A stretch of DNA of 63,857 bases, filler included, from Collodictyon triciliatum (taxonomy: Eukaryota): assembly GCA_043381765.1 (NCBI GenBank). It is 5 parts of 5 records of this genome, joined end to end, with 100 filler letters (N's around TTAATTAATTAA, not from the genome) between each part and the next. Parts side by side here need not be neighbours in the genome. Positions count along the whole stretch, not along the records: positions 1 to 14,080 come from JBHJMP010001873.1; positions 14,181 to 28,251 come from JBHJMP010001874.1; positions 28,352 to 42,415 come from JBHJMP010001875.1; 2 more parts are not named here. The stretch is one strand, 5' to 3'. The notes beneath the pieces are model-generated. The model worked only from the letters and a program-made list of their open reading frames with translations. It was not told the origin of the DNA and did not search any database. Below are positions 12,976 to 34,345 of the stretch, piece by piece; the first letter of the stretch is position 1; each line of letters starts with the position of its first letter. The translations under genes and the position numbers were made by a program.

Positions 12976-13745
12976 TTAAACACACCCACACATATGCACA
13001 GGACACCAACAAAGAACCGGGTTGAGTCCCATATTTTTGTCAGAAGGCGTGTGCTTCCCTCTCATTTTCGCGGCAGGGAGATTTGTTGCCATGTCTCTGG
13101 CAGTCAGACCATTCTGGAGAATACAGATTATTTCGCGGAAATCTTCACTTTCCCTAGAACGCTTGTGCTTGGGAATGAAAGCAATCCGTCCTGATGGCAT
13201 ATTTTCCAGGTTAGAAGTAGATTGGACATTTCGCCACAAGCATGAAGATTTATCCAAATCTGCTAGCGTTCTACGAATAATCAAATAAATAATCCTGTTG
13301 TGGAAAAGACAGGCAACAGATTCTCCAAGCACCTCACGTCAGTTTCCAACTTCCATATACAGTCATGTGTTAAATAGGAGAGGACTGACACCCATAAACC
13401 AGATATCAAAGCTTCTTAATCCATCAAGCTGTGGCACCCGAGGCAATAGAAAGGCAAAGGAAAGCTGAAGGAAAGCTAAAGGAAAGCCAAAGAAAATAAA
13501 GTAGAAAAGAAGAAAAGAGATTATAGAAACACAGAAAGGAATATCAGATAATTGAGAGGCCCCAGACAAACGAATATATATATATATATATCTGTGTGCA
13601 TCTCGAGTTCCTCGCCAAAGACTTTGACTGGGTGTCGTTCCTGTGGATAATTTTGATGGAAGACCACTCTGGACATGACACGAGCGGCTGGCAAAGTTCC
13701 TTCGGGAGCAAGTATCATATGATTGTGGTCATGCACACTTGACTT
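12976..13745 (-). CDS. Possible 3' exons of an unidentified gene truncated by the scaffold end
   Basis: GC-richer open segments (13590-13740, 12976-13270) separated by sequence that is T-rich on the minus strand. No motif recognised and splicing not resolved. Confidence 0.25.
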
Positions 13746-13786
13746 GTTTTCTCTCTTTTATCCACATTACAAAGGAAAAATAAAAA

Positions 13787-14080
13787 ATGATAAAAAAGAA
13801 AAAAGGAAAAAAAGAAAAAAAGGAAAAAAAGGAAAAAAAGGAAAAAAATGAAAAAAAGAAAAAAGGAAAAATGGAAATAAGAAAAAGAGAAAAAAAAGGA
13901 AAAATAGAAAAAAGAAAAAGAAAAGAAGAAAGAAAAGAAGAAAGAAAAAGAAGAAAGAAAAAGAAGAAAGAAAAAGAAGAAAAAGAAGAAAGAAAAAGAA
14001 GAAAGAAAAAGAAGAAAGAAAAAGAAGAAAGAAAAAGAAGAAAGAAAAAGAAGAAAGAAAAAGAAGAAAGAAAAAGAAGA
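13787..14080. repeat. A/G-rich low-complexity tandem repeat at the scaffold end
   Basis: (AAAAAGAAGAAAG)n-type array running into Ns. Confidence 0.9.
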
Positions 14081-14180
14081 NNNNNNNNNNNNNNNNNNNN
14101 NNNNNNNNNNNNNNNNNNNNNNNNTTAATTAATTAANNNNNNNNNNNNNNNNNNNNNNNNNNNNNNNNNNNNNNNNNNNN
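14081..14180. other. Artificial scaffold-joining spacer
   Basis: N44-TTAATTAATTAA-N44; the 12-mer has stops in all six frames. Confidence 0.97.
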
Positions 14181-14256
<76 letters not shown>

Positions 14257-14343
14257 GAAATGAAACAAAAAAGAACGAAAAGATTTATACTACGTGAAAA
14301 AAAATAAATAAAAAAAAACAACAACATATAGGACAAAGGATAA

Positions 14344-17300
14344 ATGAGTGCAAAAAGCCCCCAAAAGCCCGCCTCTGCACCCCACATGTCTCTTCTCTGC
14401 TGCCTCGGCCCACGAAAGCCGCGCAACCGCTCTCCTCTTCCTTCTTCTTCTTCCTCTCGTTCTCCACCTCCAACAACAAATCCACTGAGCGCAGCGGCTC
14501 CAAAGAGCACGTTCGATTCGCAGACAAAAAGCGCACAGACGCTTCCAGCCTTTCCAGACGGCCAAACAAAGTCTACATCGACTCAGCCACACTCAGTGCG
14601 ATCGCCGCAGCCGCCGCCACGCATCGATGTGCCGCTTTGCGAGGACACAACTGCAGCGCACAAAACAGACGAAGGTTTGTCAGAGGCAGACTCAGTTTCG
14701 GCCGCAAACACACAGCAGGGCCGCTCCGGAAAACTTCCGCCGCTCAGCAGCATCGGCCCAGCAAACACGCTGAGTCTGCATACAACAAACTCATCTGCAG
14801 CTTCATTGGCCGTGCCCAAAGCGCAGCCGCCCGGCACACTGCATTCGCAAAAGAGTGATTCGTCTGTTTTCGCTGTTCAAGGTTCTGATGAAAGCTTGAA
14901 GATCGACTCTTCGATGGTGAATATGATTGTCGAGTAAGTACCTCTTGTTTGTAACTTATTTATTTACTTATATATATATAGCTACTTATATATTTCTTTA
15001 CTCTTTTGTATGGTAATGATTCTAATTTTTGAATGATTGGTAATTTAATTGATTTTTTTTTTCTGATTCAAAGACCTGCTCCTGCTCCTGCTCCTGTTGA
15101 AAGTCCTCCTGCAAGGCTATCCAAAGAGGTCTTCTCTACGTTGAATCTCCTCGCTTGTTAATTGAGCTTTATATATTTTGGATAAAAACCCTTAAAGTTG
15201 TTCATGCACTCACTTTCCTTCATTATATATATTTCGTATGGCATCGATCTAGTCTCGATTTACACTCCGTTTTTTTAGCCTTTAGTAAAAAATCCTACGG
15301 CTCCTTTTCTGTTTTGTTTTGTTAAGAGCATGCATGATATATTTATCTTAAAAACAACATCATATTAACAGGAGACAGCAAAATCAAGGATTAATGACGC
15401 TAGTAGTTTTTTTTTAAAAATTTTTTTCTTGGCGAACAAAATCATGATATAATTTTTATCTTGCATAAATTAATGCGCCATGTGTACCGTGTAATTAACA
15501 CAGCTCTTTTAGTTCAATCCATGTCTGATGCAGACGTTTCGCTTTTGACCGATGTCCTCGGAGACTCAGCAATAACCACTCTGGATAGCGATTCATGGGA
15601 GAAGAAGCGGCATTTAGTAAATCAAGCAGAAAGGATTTTATTCGAAGCGAAGAAAATCCAAGACCCGGTAAATAAAAGCATAAGGATGACTTATTCAGAT
15701 AGAAAATCAAATCACGCCTTTCATGCAACGAAATCGCACAGTTTTAATGTCCTAAAAAAATGTAACTAGGAAAATATTTACATGTCCATCTGTGTCCTTC
15801 TTCGCATCATTCTTCAGGATAAAGTTCATCCTTTGTTGATTGCAGCATTTGGTCTTCTCAATAATATGATTGGTATTTTGAGCTTTAACCAGTCACTATC
15901 AAACATGTATCTATGTTTATGTTAAATCTGACAACTACAGTTCAATCTTCAGCCCTGGCAAATAATATCATCTTCTCTTGTTTTGTCGCATTTTTCGTCA
16001 TTCAAGCCTCGCTAGCCAACAAAGTCGAAGGAAATAAAGCAAAACTGTACATATCTCCACTTTTACCGATGATTATATCAAAAAGCATGTCCAGCAATAG
16101 CAGGCTTCGAGATTTGTCTCATGAGTTCATTACTTCTCTAAGCCGTAACAAGGTACATCAATATATTTGGATAAATGCGATAAATTTTCCATTCCCTTTT
16201 CTCTTAAAACAACATCTGTAGAGATCAGGTCTTCTGTTTAGTGTGATTCTTGTGTAGGTATTCGGACCATCCTTTATTTCAGCTTTCATATCCGAGCCTG
16301 TTAAAGCGAAGTCCACTTTTCATTCAATCCAAGGACGAGCAAACTTGCTTTCGGCCCTGATCACTGAGCATGGAGTAAAAATGGCCCCATTTGAGGTTTG
16401 TTCGCAATTACTTTTGTAAATTACCGCACTGAAGCTATTTTTATTTATGAAACCTTTTCTTTTTTTTTCTTTTTTTTTTAAAAAGGTAATTTTCTATCAA
16501 AGTAGCATACTCACCCTCCTCATATTCTCGTACTTGGTTTCCCAAATATGAAAGCCAATCGTAGATACATGTCGCCGTTTTCTCGAGCATAATGATGTGC
16601 GATGCAGACAGTTTGGTATTGACATTATATTGAAGGTATATGATTTGGGTTTTCATTTTTCGTTGGACCGAACTCTTAGCACTGAATTATAATATTTAAT
16701 GACAATTCCTTGAAGAAAAAAAAATCTAACATGATGACATTACGTTTCTCTGTTTTACACTAACCTCACAACGACTCAATTTGAATTTTGTTATCAATAT
16801 TATTAGATAAGAATTCTCGTCAGTAGCGAAGAATATAAGCGATTAGAGTCTCGCCTTTCTGACATGGCATTCAAAAGACTTCACTTTAGCAGCGGAGGTT
16901 TTAAATTACGGCACTCATATTATTTTTTTGGCTCACAAACAATACTTTTGATTGATGTTATCTGCTTTGGATTCTTTTGCTTTTCTTATTATTATATTTT
17001 TTTTTATTATTAATTCGTAGATTCTCCAGCGGTTCGTCCAGAAGAAGTTGAAATCGATTATTCATTCCAAACTAAACCCCTGGTCAAGGTCGTTGAAGAT
17101 TCAGCTCATTACCGCTCAAATAAGAACAGTATTTCATGGGGTTAGGCCTATATATTACATCTATTTTATATTCTATTTTGAATAGAAACACACTATCGTT
17201 TTTTTTTTTTTTGGTAATATTGATTGAAATATATTTATTTTCTCCAAGCAGATAGAAAAATCTCTTAGACACGAAAGTTTCTGATCGTGTCATGCATTTT

Positions 17301-17593
17301 TTGATATTTTTTTTTTTAGTTGTTACGTATAACGCGCCGATTTATTTGTTGACAAGCTCCTTCTTTCTTTCTTCTTCTTTTTCCTCTTAAATAAACCATT
17401 CCTTTCAGCTATCGGGGACTCACAATCATTTGCGATTCAAGACAAAAAGGACTCTCATAAAAAACCTCCAAAGTCGATCTTATCACAAAAACCAAAGAAG
17501 AAGGTCAATGCTAAGGAACAGACGTTGACTGCACCCGCATCCACTTCAAGGTCACATTCACCAGCATCCAACTATTCGGGGCCTTCAAAGTAA
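14344..17593 (+). CDS. CEP104-like TOG (HEAT) domain protein with long S/P-rich N- and C-termini
   Basis: Exons DVLGDSAITTLDSDSWEKK, LLRIILQDKVHPLLIAAFGLL, ISPLLPMIISKSMSSNSRLRDLSHEFI, EPVKAKSTFHSIQGRANLL, FLEHNDVRCRQFGIDIILK resemble the CEP104 TOG domain. Stop TAA at 17591-17593. The start may be 14386. Confidence 0.65.
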
Positions 17594-18009
17594 TACTAGC
17601 AAACCAACAATGTCATTTTCCTCCATTTTTTCTTAAATTAAAACCTTTCGCATTATTGATTCATTGCATATGGAATCCGCCGTTCCTTTTTCCGACATTG
17701 TCTTTTTACATCTATATCTCCACTTATATATCTCTGTCTGTATGTCATCCATTCCTTTTTAATGTACGAAATCCTCACTCACTCCACTTGCTTGCATAGT
17801 CTTACGCGTGAGGAAGAGGAACTCATGCAAGATATAATGGATGACTCGTAGACCTGTTCCTGCAATAAGCGAAAGCTTACTCCATGAATCCTGTTTATTA
17901 TTTGAGATATAACCACCGCGACTGCCTAATAAAAGTTGAGAACACTTCAATCTACTGATATCATCCTGGATTTCTTTCATACAAAAGATTGAAACAAATT
18001 AAGAGACAT

Positions 18010-18010
18010 A

Positions 18011-18105
<95 letters not shown>
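18010..18105. repeat. (AAT)n microsatellite, intergenic
   Basis: Perfect array. Confidence 0.95.
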
Positions 18106-18106
<1 letters not shown>

Positions 18107-18444
18107 GGAAGTTAAGATTTGAGGAAAGCTTCCGCGTCGTGTTTCAACCAATTATCGAAGCGATAGACTTTGCAGGCAAAAGCCTTCTGAAGCCGTGGGA
18201 CAAAAACTGATCTAAACAGCGGTCGAATCCTTTCTCACGAGCCAAACAGACCAAAAGGAGAATAAAGGAGATAAAATAACACAGAAAGAAAACCCAACAA
18301 ACAACAACTTACGAAAGAACATCATGAACAACCTTCCTGGCAGCACTCCGAGAGTCTCTTTGATCAACAGCCAAAGAACTGACTCACACCCTATTTTGCT
18401 AAACGCCCGACAAGCGGCAAAGCCTCTACCAGAGAATTCGTGTG

Positions 18445-28101
<9,657 letters not shown>

Positions 28102-28251
28102 GTAAGCAACTATGGTTCTTTTTTCATTTTCATTTTCTTTTTCTTTTTCTTCTCTTTTTCTTTTTCTTTTTCTTTTTCTTTTTCTTTTTCTTTTTCTTTT
28201 TCTTTTTCTTTTTCTTTTTCTTTTTCTTTTTCTTTTTCTTTTTCTTTTTCT

Positions 28252-28351
28252 NNNNNNNNNNNNNNNNNNNNNNNNNNNNNNNNNNNNNNNNNNNNTTAAT
28301 TAATTAANNNNNNNNNNNNNNNNNNNNNNNNNNNNNNNNNNNNNNNNNNNN
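28252..28351. other. Artificial scaffold-joining spacer
   Basis: N44-TTAATTAATTAA-N44. Confidence 0.97.
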
Positions 28352-28503
28352 ACAATAGCCCATTTTTCGTTCCCATCAGAATAAATCGAGCCTTGAATCG
28401 GATTTCCACAGGCATTTACTCTTGGCACTGCATCTTGATTTCGGTCTTCCGATATCTGATTATCCGCCTCTTGTTGGGTCGGATAGTGGCCACTTACGGA
28501 CAT
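28352..28503 (-). CDS. Possible 5' fragment of a gene cut by the scaffold end
   Basis: ATG-initiated open, GC-richer 50-codon stretch (MSVSGHYPTQQEADNQ...) running into Ns; no motif. Confidence 0.2.
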
Positions 28504-31500
28504 AATTCTTTTGTTTCATAAAAATTCAACTGTCAAAACGTTTGTTTATTCCACTGGTTATAAAATAGACATAAAATATTGGATTTTGATTATTGATTAT
28601 TTTCAGGCCTTGTTTTTAATATTTTCAACTATTTGTGTGAGTTTATGTCTGTGTTCAAGGATTTTTTTAACGCTGTGAATATTCGTTAAGCTATCACTCA
28701 TAATTAATGTTTATTCGTTAAAAATGACAAAATGATATTTTTATTACGTATGTTTCTTCTTTTGTGTGATTTGGTTGATTAGTTGGCTTTCATGTACGAA
28801 ATTGTGCAGTTTTATAGAATCATTGATTTCAAGTTTTACTTATACAAAAAAAAATCTGAAAAGCAGATATAAAATTTGAATTTTGTTTGTTATTTGGACA
28901 ATGATTTATATTATCAGTTATGATTCTATTTTGAATGCAATTTTCTCATAAAATCATCCTTCGCCCAAAATATATAATGTATGTTATCAAGGCAGCGATA
29001 AATTTAAAATCATATCATATGGGAATGAAAATTTGGCTCATATAGAAATTAAGATAACAATTCTTTTCCAAATAGGGCAATTATTTTTTTTATTATTACA
29101 TCATTATCCAAGCTTGGGTATCTTTTAAATATAATTCATTTTATGATTTATTATATAAACCAACTATATAGAGGTTTTGGTAAATAAAGGAAAAAGCCAT
29201 TCTCGGCCATATAGCATTATTTTGTACTATTAAATAGATAATTTTTGAATATAACAATCCTCATGAGACAAAAGTATATGGACGACAGTATAGTATGGTG
29301 AAAATCGATTGTTTTTTGCTTAATATGCATAAATTATAATCACTTTTCATTTTTAGGAGATTAGAAATAGAGTCGATTTTTCTTGAGTCCTTGAACGAAA
29401 TTATTGAAAATAAAAAAGCGAGTAAAACTTTAACAAGCCACTAAATATAGGTTTTTTTTGCATGAACCACTCTGACCCAAAATTATTTGTCGATATAGTT
29501 CTGTTTTAAACAACACAAAAAGCGACATAACCCATTTTATCAATTATCTCATTCAAGGTGCTTAAAGATATTATCTCATAGCAACTAGAATATTAAGGTG
29601 ATTTTGAATTGTTTCAAAAGTAAGATAAATACTGAAAGTTATCGTTCCACGTATCAATAGTTGGATAATTTCATCCAAAGTGGGCTTCCATAGTCAAATA
29701 TCAAGCAGCGGAGCTACGCATGTGATAAATAGTGTAAGCGATAGTGTTTAATAAAGTTTCCATTCGAACTAAAGGAAAGCATCAACTGCTAAATTTATAT
29801 GCCATCTCGGCATATTTTCTACCGACTGTTTAATATTTTAGTGGTGTTAGAATGCAGAATTTTAAATGCATAAATTCGTTATTTTATCATTTTTTTATGT
29901 ATCCAAACGATAAAAAAAATCAATTCGAGGATGGCATCAATAATCATATATACACCTTAGCTATTTCAATTATTTAAAAATTGAAGTCTGGTCGTGGAAT
30001 GATAACAAACTAAAGAGCTTCCACAAAAAATTGTAAAAAAAAAATGGAATTTTTCACGGAATCCTGCAACAGAGAAGGTTACGTATCGCTGATATGTATT
30101 CGATGGATGCAATATTTAACAATTAACATTTTACTGATTTAATTCTAAATGAAATAGTATACCTAGTACGCATTTTAACACGCAAGAGGTACATCATCCC
30201 ATCTTGGAATAAGTTTCTCTTAAGAGAGCCTAACTAATGCCGTTGATTTTGACACACGATTATCTCATTGCATTTGAAAAAGATATCAAAAGAAAATAAG
30301 AAATAACTATAAAATCAAGACAAAAATACAAATCTTGTTTTACTTTTATCATCCATGAGTTCGACAAGCAAGCAAGAAGGCCTCCGCTGAAGGTCGATAT
30401 TGAAGTTGAAATTACAGCGGATTATGTCAACCAAAATCTTTTCTGTTTGATAATTTAAAAATAAGATGAGAAAAGCCTGATTCTAGATTTTCTGTGCAAA
30501 ACTTAATATAAAAAACTTAATCCTTACATATTACTGCCCAAATAGAATCATAACTTTGACAAATAAATTCGAATTATTTTCCAGCTTGTTGCTTAATTCC
30601 CACAGGATTTATTGGGCTTAGGATATAATTTTACCTATGGAGCGTGTAGATAAATCCCCTGAATGTATTATGGAAGAGTCAATTAAGCTTCCATTAAAGA
30701 CTTGCTTAAAACTAACCATGGCAGTTCTATATCCTTTTTTAAATCATTATCATTTCACCAATTGTCTCTGATTGCCCTATCACCAGTTCTTAAGATAAAC
30801 AATTGCTTTAATATAAAAAAATCGACTAACCAGCTACTCCTAAGTAATTCATGTTGATCAAATAGCTTTTTGAATAAAAAAATAGGGTCGTTTTTGAATA
30901 TCATGAGTATCAAACGAGTACAGAGGTATATTATTAGTATATCGACGAGCTTCTATCTGAGAATGTAGCAGTGTCAGCTCTTACAATAATGCAACAGCGC
31001 ACAGAAAGGTCCTAAATAAGTGACATATTGTCCAGGTTCTGCATGAAAGGCTTCAAGTTCAATTCCACGCTAGGCAAAAGAATCATAAGAGGAAACTTAC
31101 AAAAAAACTTCTTCGATGGCGTACAATGACTGGAGTTTTGCCACGTGGTTCTCTCAACGTTTGTCATCTGACGACGCTTCACAGCACACTTGCCAGTCTA
31201 GAAAGGTGTGTTTGTGCAGAAAAACTGATTCGTGTGTGGTTGAAGGGTGAGTCTAGAGCAATCCAAGAAAGTAATCTTTTGTGGAAAATTTATTTCGTAC
31301 TTTTTGTTCATTTCATTAACTGTTTCCTGTAAAACATACCCATCTTTGTGGTATATCAAAGTTATCCTTCGATTAGTTTTGTTAAGCCAAGTACTACTGC
31401 GGAGTATTGCGATTTTGAAACCTCGTAACATTCTTCGTAATTACAGCCATAGTGCACCCTATTGGTTTGGCCAGCTTCTTTTTGAAACAATAACTCATTT

Positions 31501-31559
31501 TTGAAGATTTTTTAAATCCTCTGCATTAATAACCGCCTTTTTTTGCCAGATGGAATTGT

Positions 31560-34345
31560 TGGTTCTGTTTCGCTTGTAATATTTTGCACGAGACTACTTG
31601 GGGCCGGGTGAAGGAGAAATAGTCAGTTATCAGTAATGGCATCCTGCGGTTTGGCTTTAGTCTGGGTCTTGTGCTTCCATGAGAGAGGCAAGGCGAGGTT
31701 TAATCTCTTTCTCGGCTTCCTTCCACATGTATCATTTCACAGAGTCTGATTAATAGGGAACACGCAGGTGGCAAATAAAGCCGTTGACGAAAGAGATTTG
31801 CGTGATGTCATCTAGCTTATCATCAGAAATGGATGTTGATTGTTGAATCTTGCTTTGCGTGAGTATTGCGTGCCATCCACATAGTCCATATTAAATGGCC
31901 TCGTGCCACTGCCCAATGTTTTTGCCTCTGGATTCAGCTGTTGCAGAGGCCCAAATATCTCCTGGATTGGACAAACAGCCGCAATCGTTTTGAGTCGCAG
32001 TCGGAGAATCTCGCTGGCAGTTTCGCACAGGTTTTGAGCAAAGGGACAATGCAAAAAAATATGAGCTCGATGGATTCATCACATTTGCTAAAGAGAGTTA
32101 GATAATTTAGGGATGTTAATTGCCATCAAATTTGTGATAAATGAATATTTTGTTAAATTTTGGTGGCTTCTTCTCTAGAAGGCTAAGTGGGAGATATGAA
32201 GAGTGAGCAAGCAGAAAGCAGATTTTGTAGTTTTTTACAGTAGCCTACCAAAGATACTAAACATTTAAATTAAAATCAATTTCCCACTTGTATTTTATAT
32301 TACATGCAGAGATGTAGTGGGTGGTTGATTCTATTGATTTGCTTTTTTATATTTGGAGGGTTTATCAACAGCCTCATATTTTTGTATCACTTAGATTGCC
32401 TAATTGCGCAAGCTATGTATTATTTTTATCGAATAATTTTTGTATTCTTTTCCTTTAATAATACAAAGGATTTTTCACTACAAGACCCTCATAAAGATTA
32501 CCTATTAAATTGAGGAATTTATAAGGTTTGGAGGAATTATTTTTTCAATATCTTATTCACAGAAAAAACCGAGGAAATCGCCTTTCGCCTCTATGACAGA
32601 AATGAGCTGTGGACAAGACAGTGGAAAACCTTGAATTGTGTGGTTGGAGTTCTTGTGATTTGGTGAAGAAAGAAAAGAATTAACAAGATAGAAAGGAAAA
32701 AAAAGGTCACATGCAGACTATTCTATCGAGGTGAATCAGCTCCAACGCGATTTTTGGTTGTATTCTAGACTGACAGAAGGGCGGATATAAAGTTGTCGGG
32801 TCGATGAAATTATGCATATAGCAGTTACTTCTCAAATCAATTCCAACAAGTCCTTTCAGGTGTCTATCTCAGACAAGGTTTACATCCTATTTCATTCCAC
32901 AGGATGGGTCTTTTGAGGGGACAGTAGGTCACTTTCCTTGCGTTTCTTGCTGGGCGACTCAGACAAAAAGCGATACATCGTTGTTTGTCTGGTATTATCG
33001 GAAGTGGCGCTTGACCGTACCTTGGTTTCGGAACCATGCGTAGCCGGCAGTGGACTTTGCTTAACCAGAGTATGGATACGCGATTGTGGTTTTAGAAACA
33101 TACGCTCCTGCTTGCTCGGACTGTCTTTGGCGTGTGAAGTTCCAAGCTTGGATTTGACTTGTGGTGTTTGCTCTTGCTCCTTGGTTCTCGATGCGAAGGT
33201 ATGGAAAGGATAAATGGACTATATTTGATGGGCGCTGGTTCTTGTGTTGCCTTCGCTTTGGGTTATCCTTTCGGATAAATAACGAAGACTGCCTTGAGGC
33301 CTCCTATGTTAACCATATTCAAGTCAGTCTGAATGGATACTTTAGGATATTTCTTTAGGTGTTCGTATATGTGCTGCTATTGGGTGTTGCGATGTGCGGT
33401 CTTGTCTGTCGTTGGCGTTGGATGGCTCTAGTGCGAGGATTCTGAAGAGGAACCGAGATTTCCTTCCATGTCATCGTCGCTGTCGCTGTATGCGCGTATC
33501 TGCTGTGGGTCTTGTGGACTCAGTTGTTGCCTGGCCTTGGCTTCCTTGACCCCGTTGCTGCTTGTCTGCTTGGCAGGTGTATTCTTTTGCGGGGCTTTTA
33601 CTTGTCGTTCGTTGTTCGCGGCTGGCGGATACTCTTTGAGGATGCGCTTTGGACACCTTTTGTCTATGACTGTAAACTTTGCAGGGAGCTGGTTCTTGTG
33701 ACAAAGAAGCTTCACCACGGCCGTGTCTGTGAAGAAGCCTTTGTCCTTTTTTATCTCCACGTGGGTCGGTCTGAACGGCTCCAGCTCCTCACGAAGGATT
33801 TGCGGCCACACGTCCAGCGGTAGTTGGTAGAGCATCACCGAGGTCTCTGTTGGTTTACTTCTACTGAAGCTGGTCGTATTATCGATCAAACTTACCTGCT
33901 TCAGTTCCAGAAGCTTTCGGGCGTTTTCCGCAGTGCGGAAGGCGATCAGGCAAAGGCCTTCGCTGTCCGGTATGCGTAGTTGGATGGACTCTTCCCAAAG
34001 TTTGTTCGATTTCAAGAAGGAGGCGAGCGCATCTGTTAGCCTGCGGGCCTTGTTCTTGTTGTAAGCGACTTGCTCGACCCCAAGAAAGAATACTGTCCGA
34101 TCAGACAAACTTGCAGGCGGCTTCCTTGCACGGGTCTTCCTAGACTTACGTGCAACTTGGGGGTTTTCCGCGCCAGCGTTGGAACCAGAAGAGCTGGCTG
34201 CAACTTGCAAAGCCTTCGACGGGTCGCGGCTTGTCTTTATATTGGGACAGGAACGGCAGATTTGTGACAAATAGGATGATGAAGAAAGCCAGAGACACGG
34301 AAACACGACATGGAAGGCTGATGGGAACAATAGGATGGAATGCAA
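31560..34345 (-). mobile_element. Degenerate, internally deleted non-LTR retrotransposon (L1/Tx1-like LINE)
   Basis: Minus-strand order: ORF1-like RRM region (34345-32892); APE endonuclease remnants (LDRI at about 32725, ISDHR with a 1-nt deletion at about 32595); zf-RVT remnant CDESIELIF.HCPFAQNL (about 32080); LIWTMWMARN; 3' end shared with three other copies. Confidence 0.75.
32892..34345 (-). pseudogene. LINE ORF1-like nucleic-acid-binding protein (two RRM-like units), with stops and frameshifts in the C-terminal half
   Basis: Intronless 305-codon ORF without ATG before the domain (..CLIAFRTAENARKLL.., VMLYQLPLDVWPQILREELEPF..FTDTAVVKL). Reading continues through in-frame stops into the 33101-32892 ORF. 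Confidence 0.6.

Noticed and set aside
14125-14136. Palindromic TTAATTAATTAA recurring about every 14.17 kb, as a regulatory site, piggyBac target or chromosome-breakage signal
   Set aside because: Always embedded in exactly 44+44 Ns; a six-frame-stop assembly linker
31020-31080. GTTCAATTCC resembling a tRNA T-loop or B box
   Set aside because: Flanks do not form a T stem or acceptor stem; no cloverleaf
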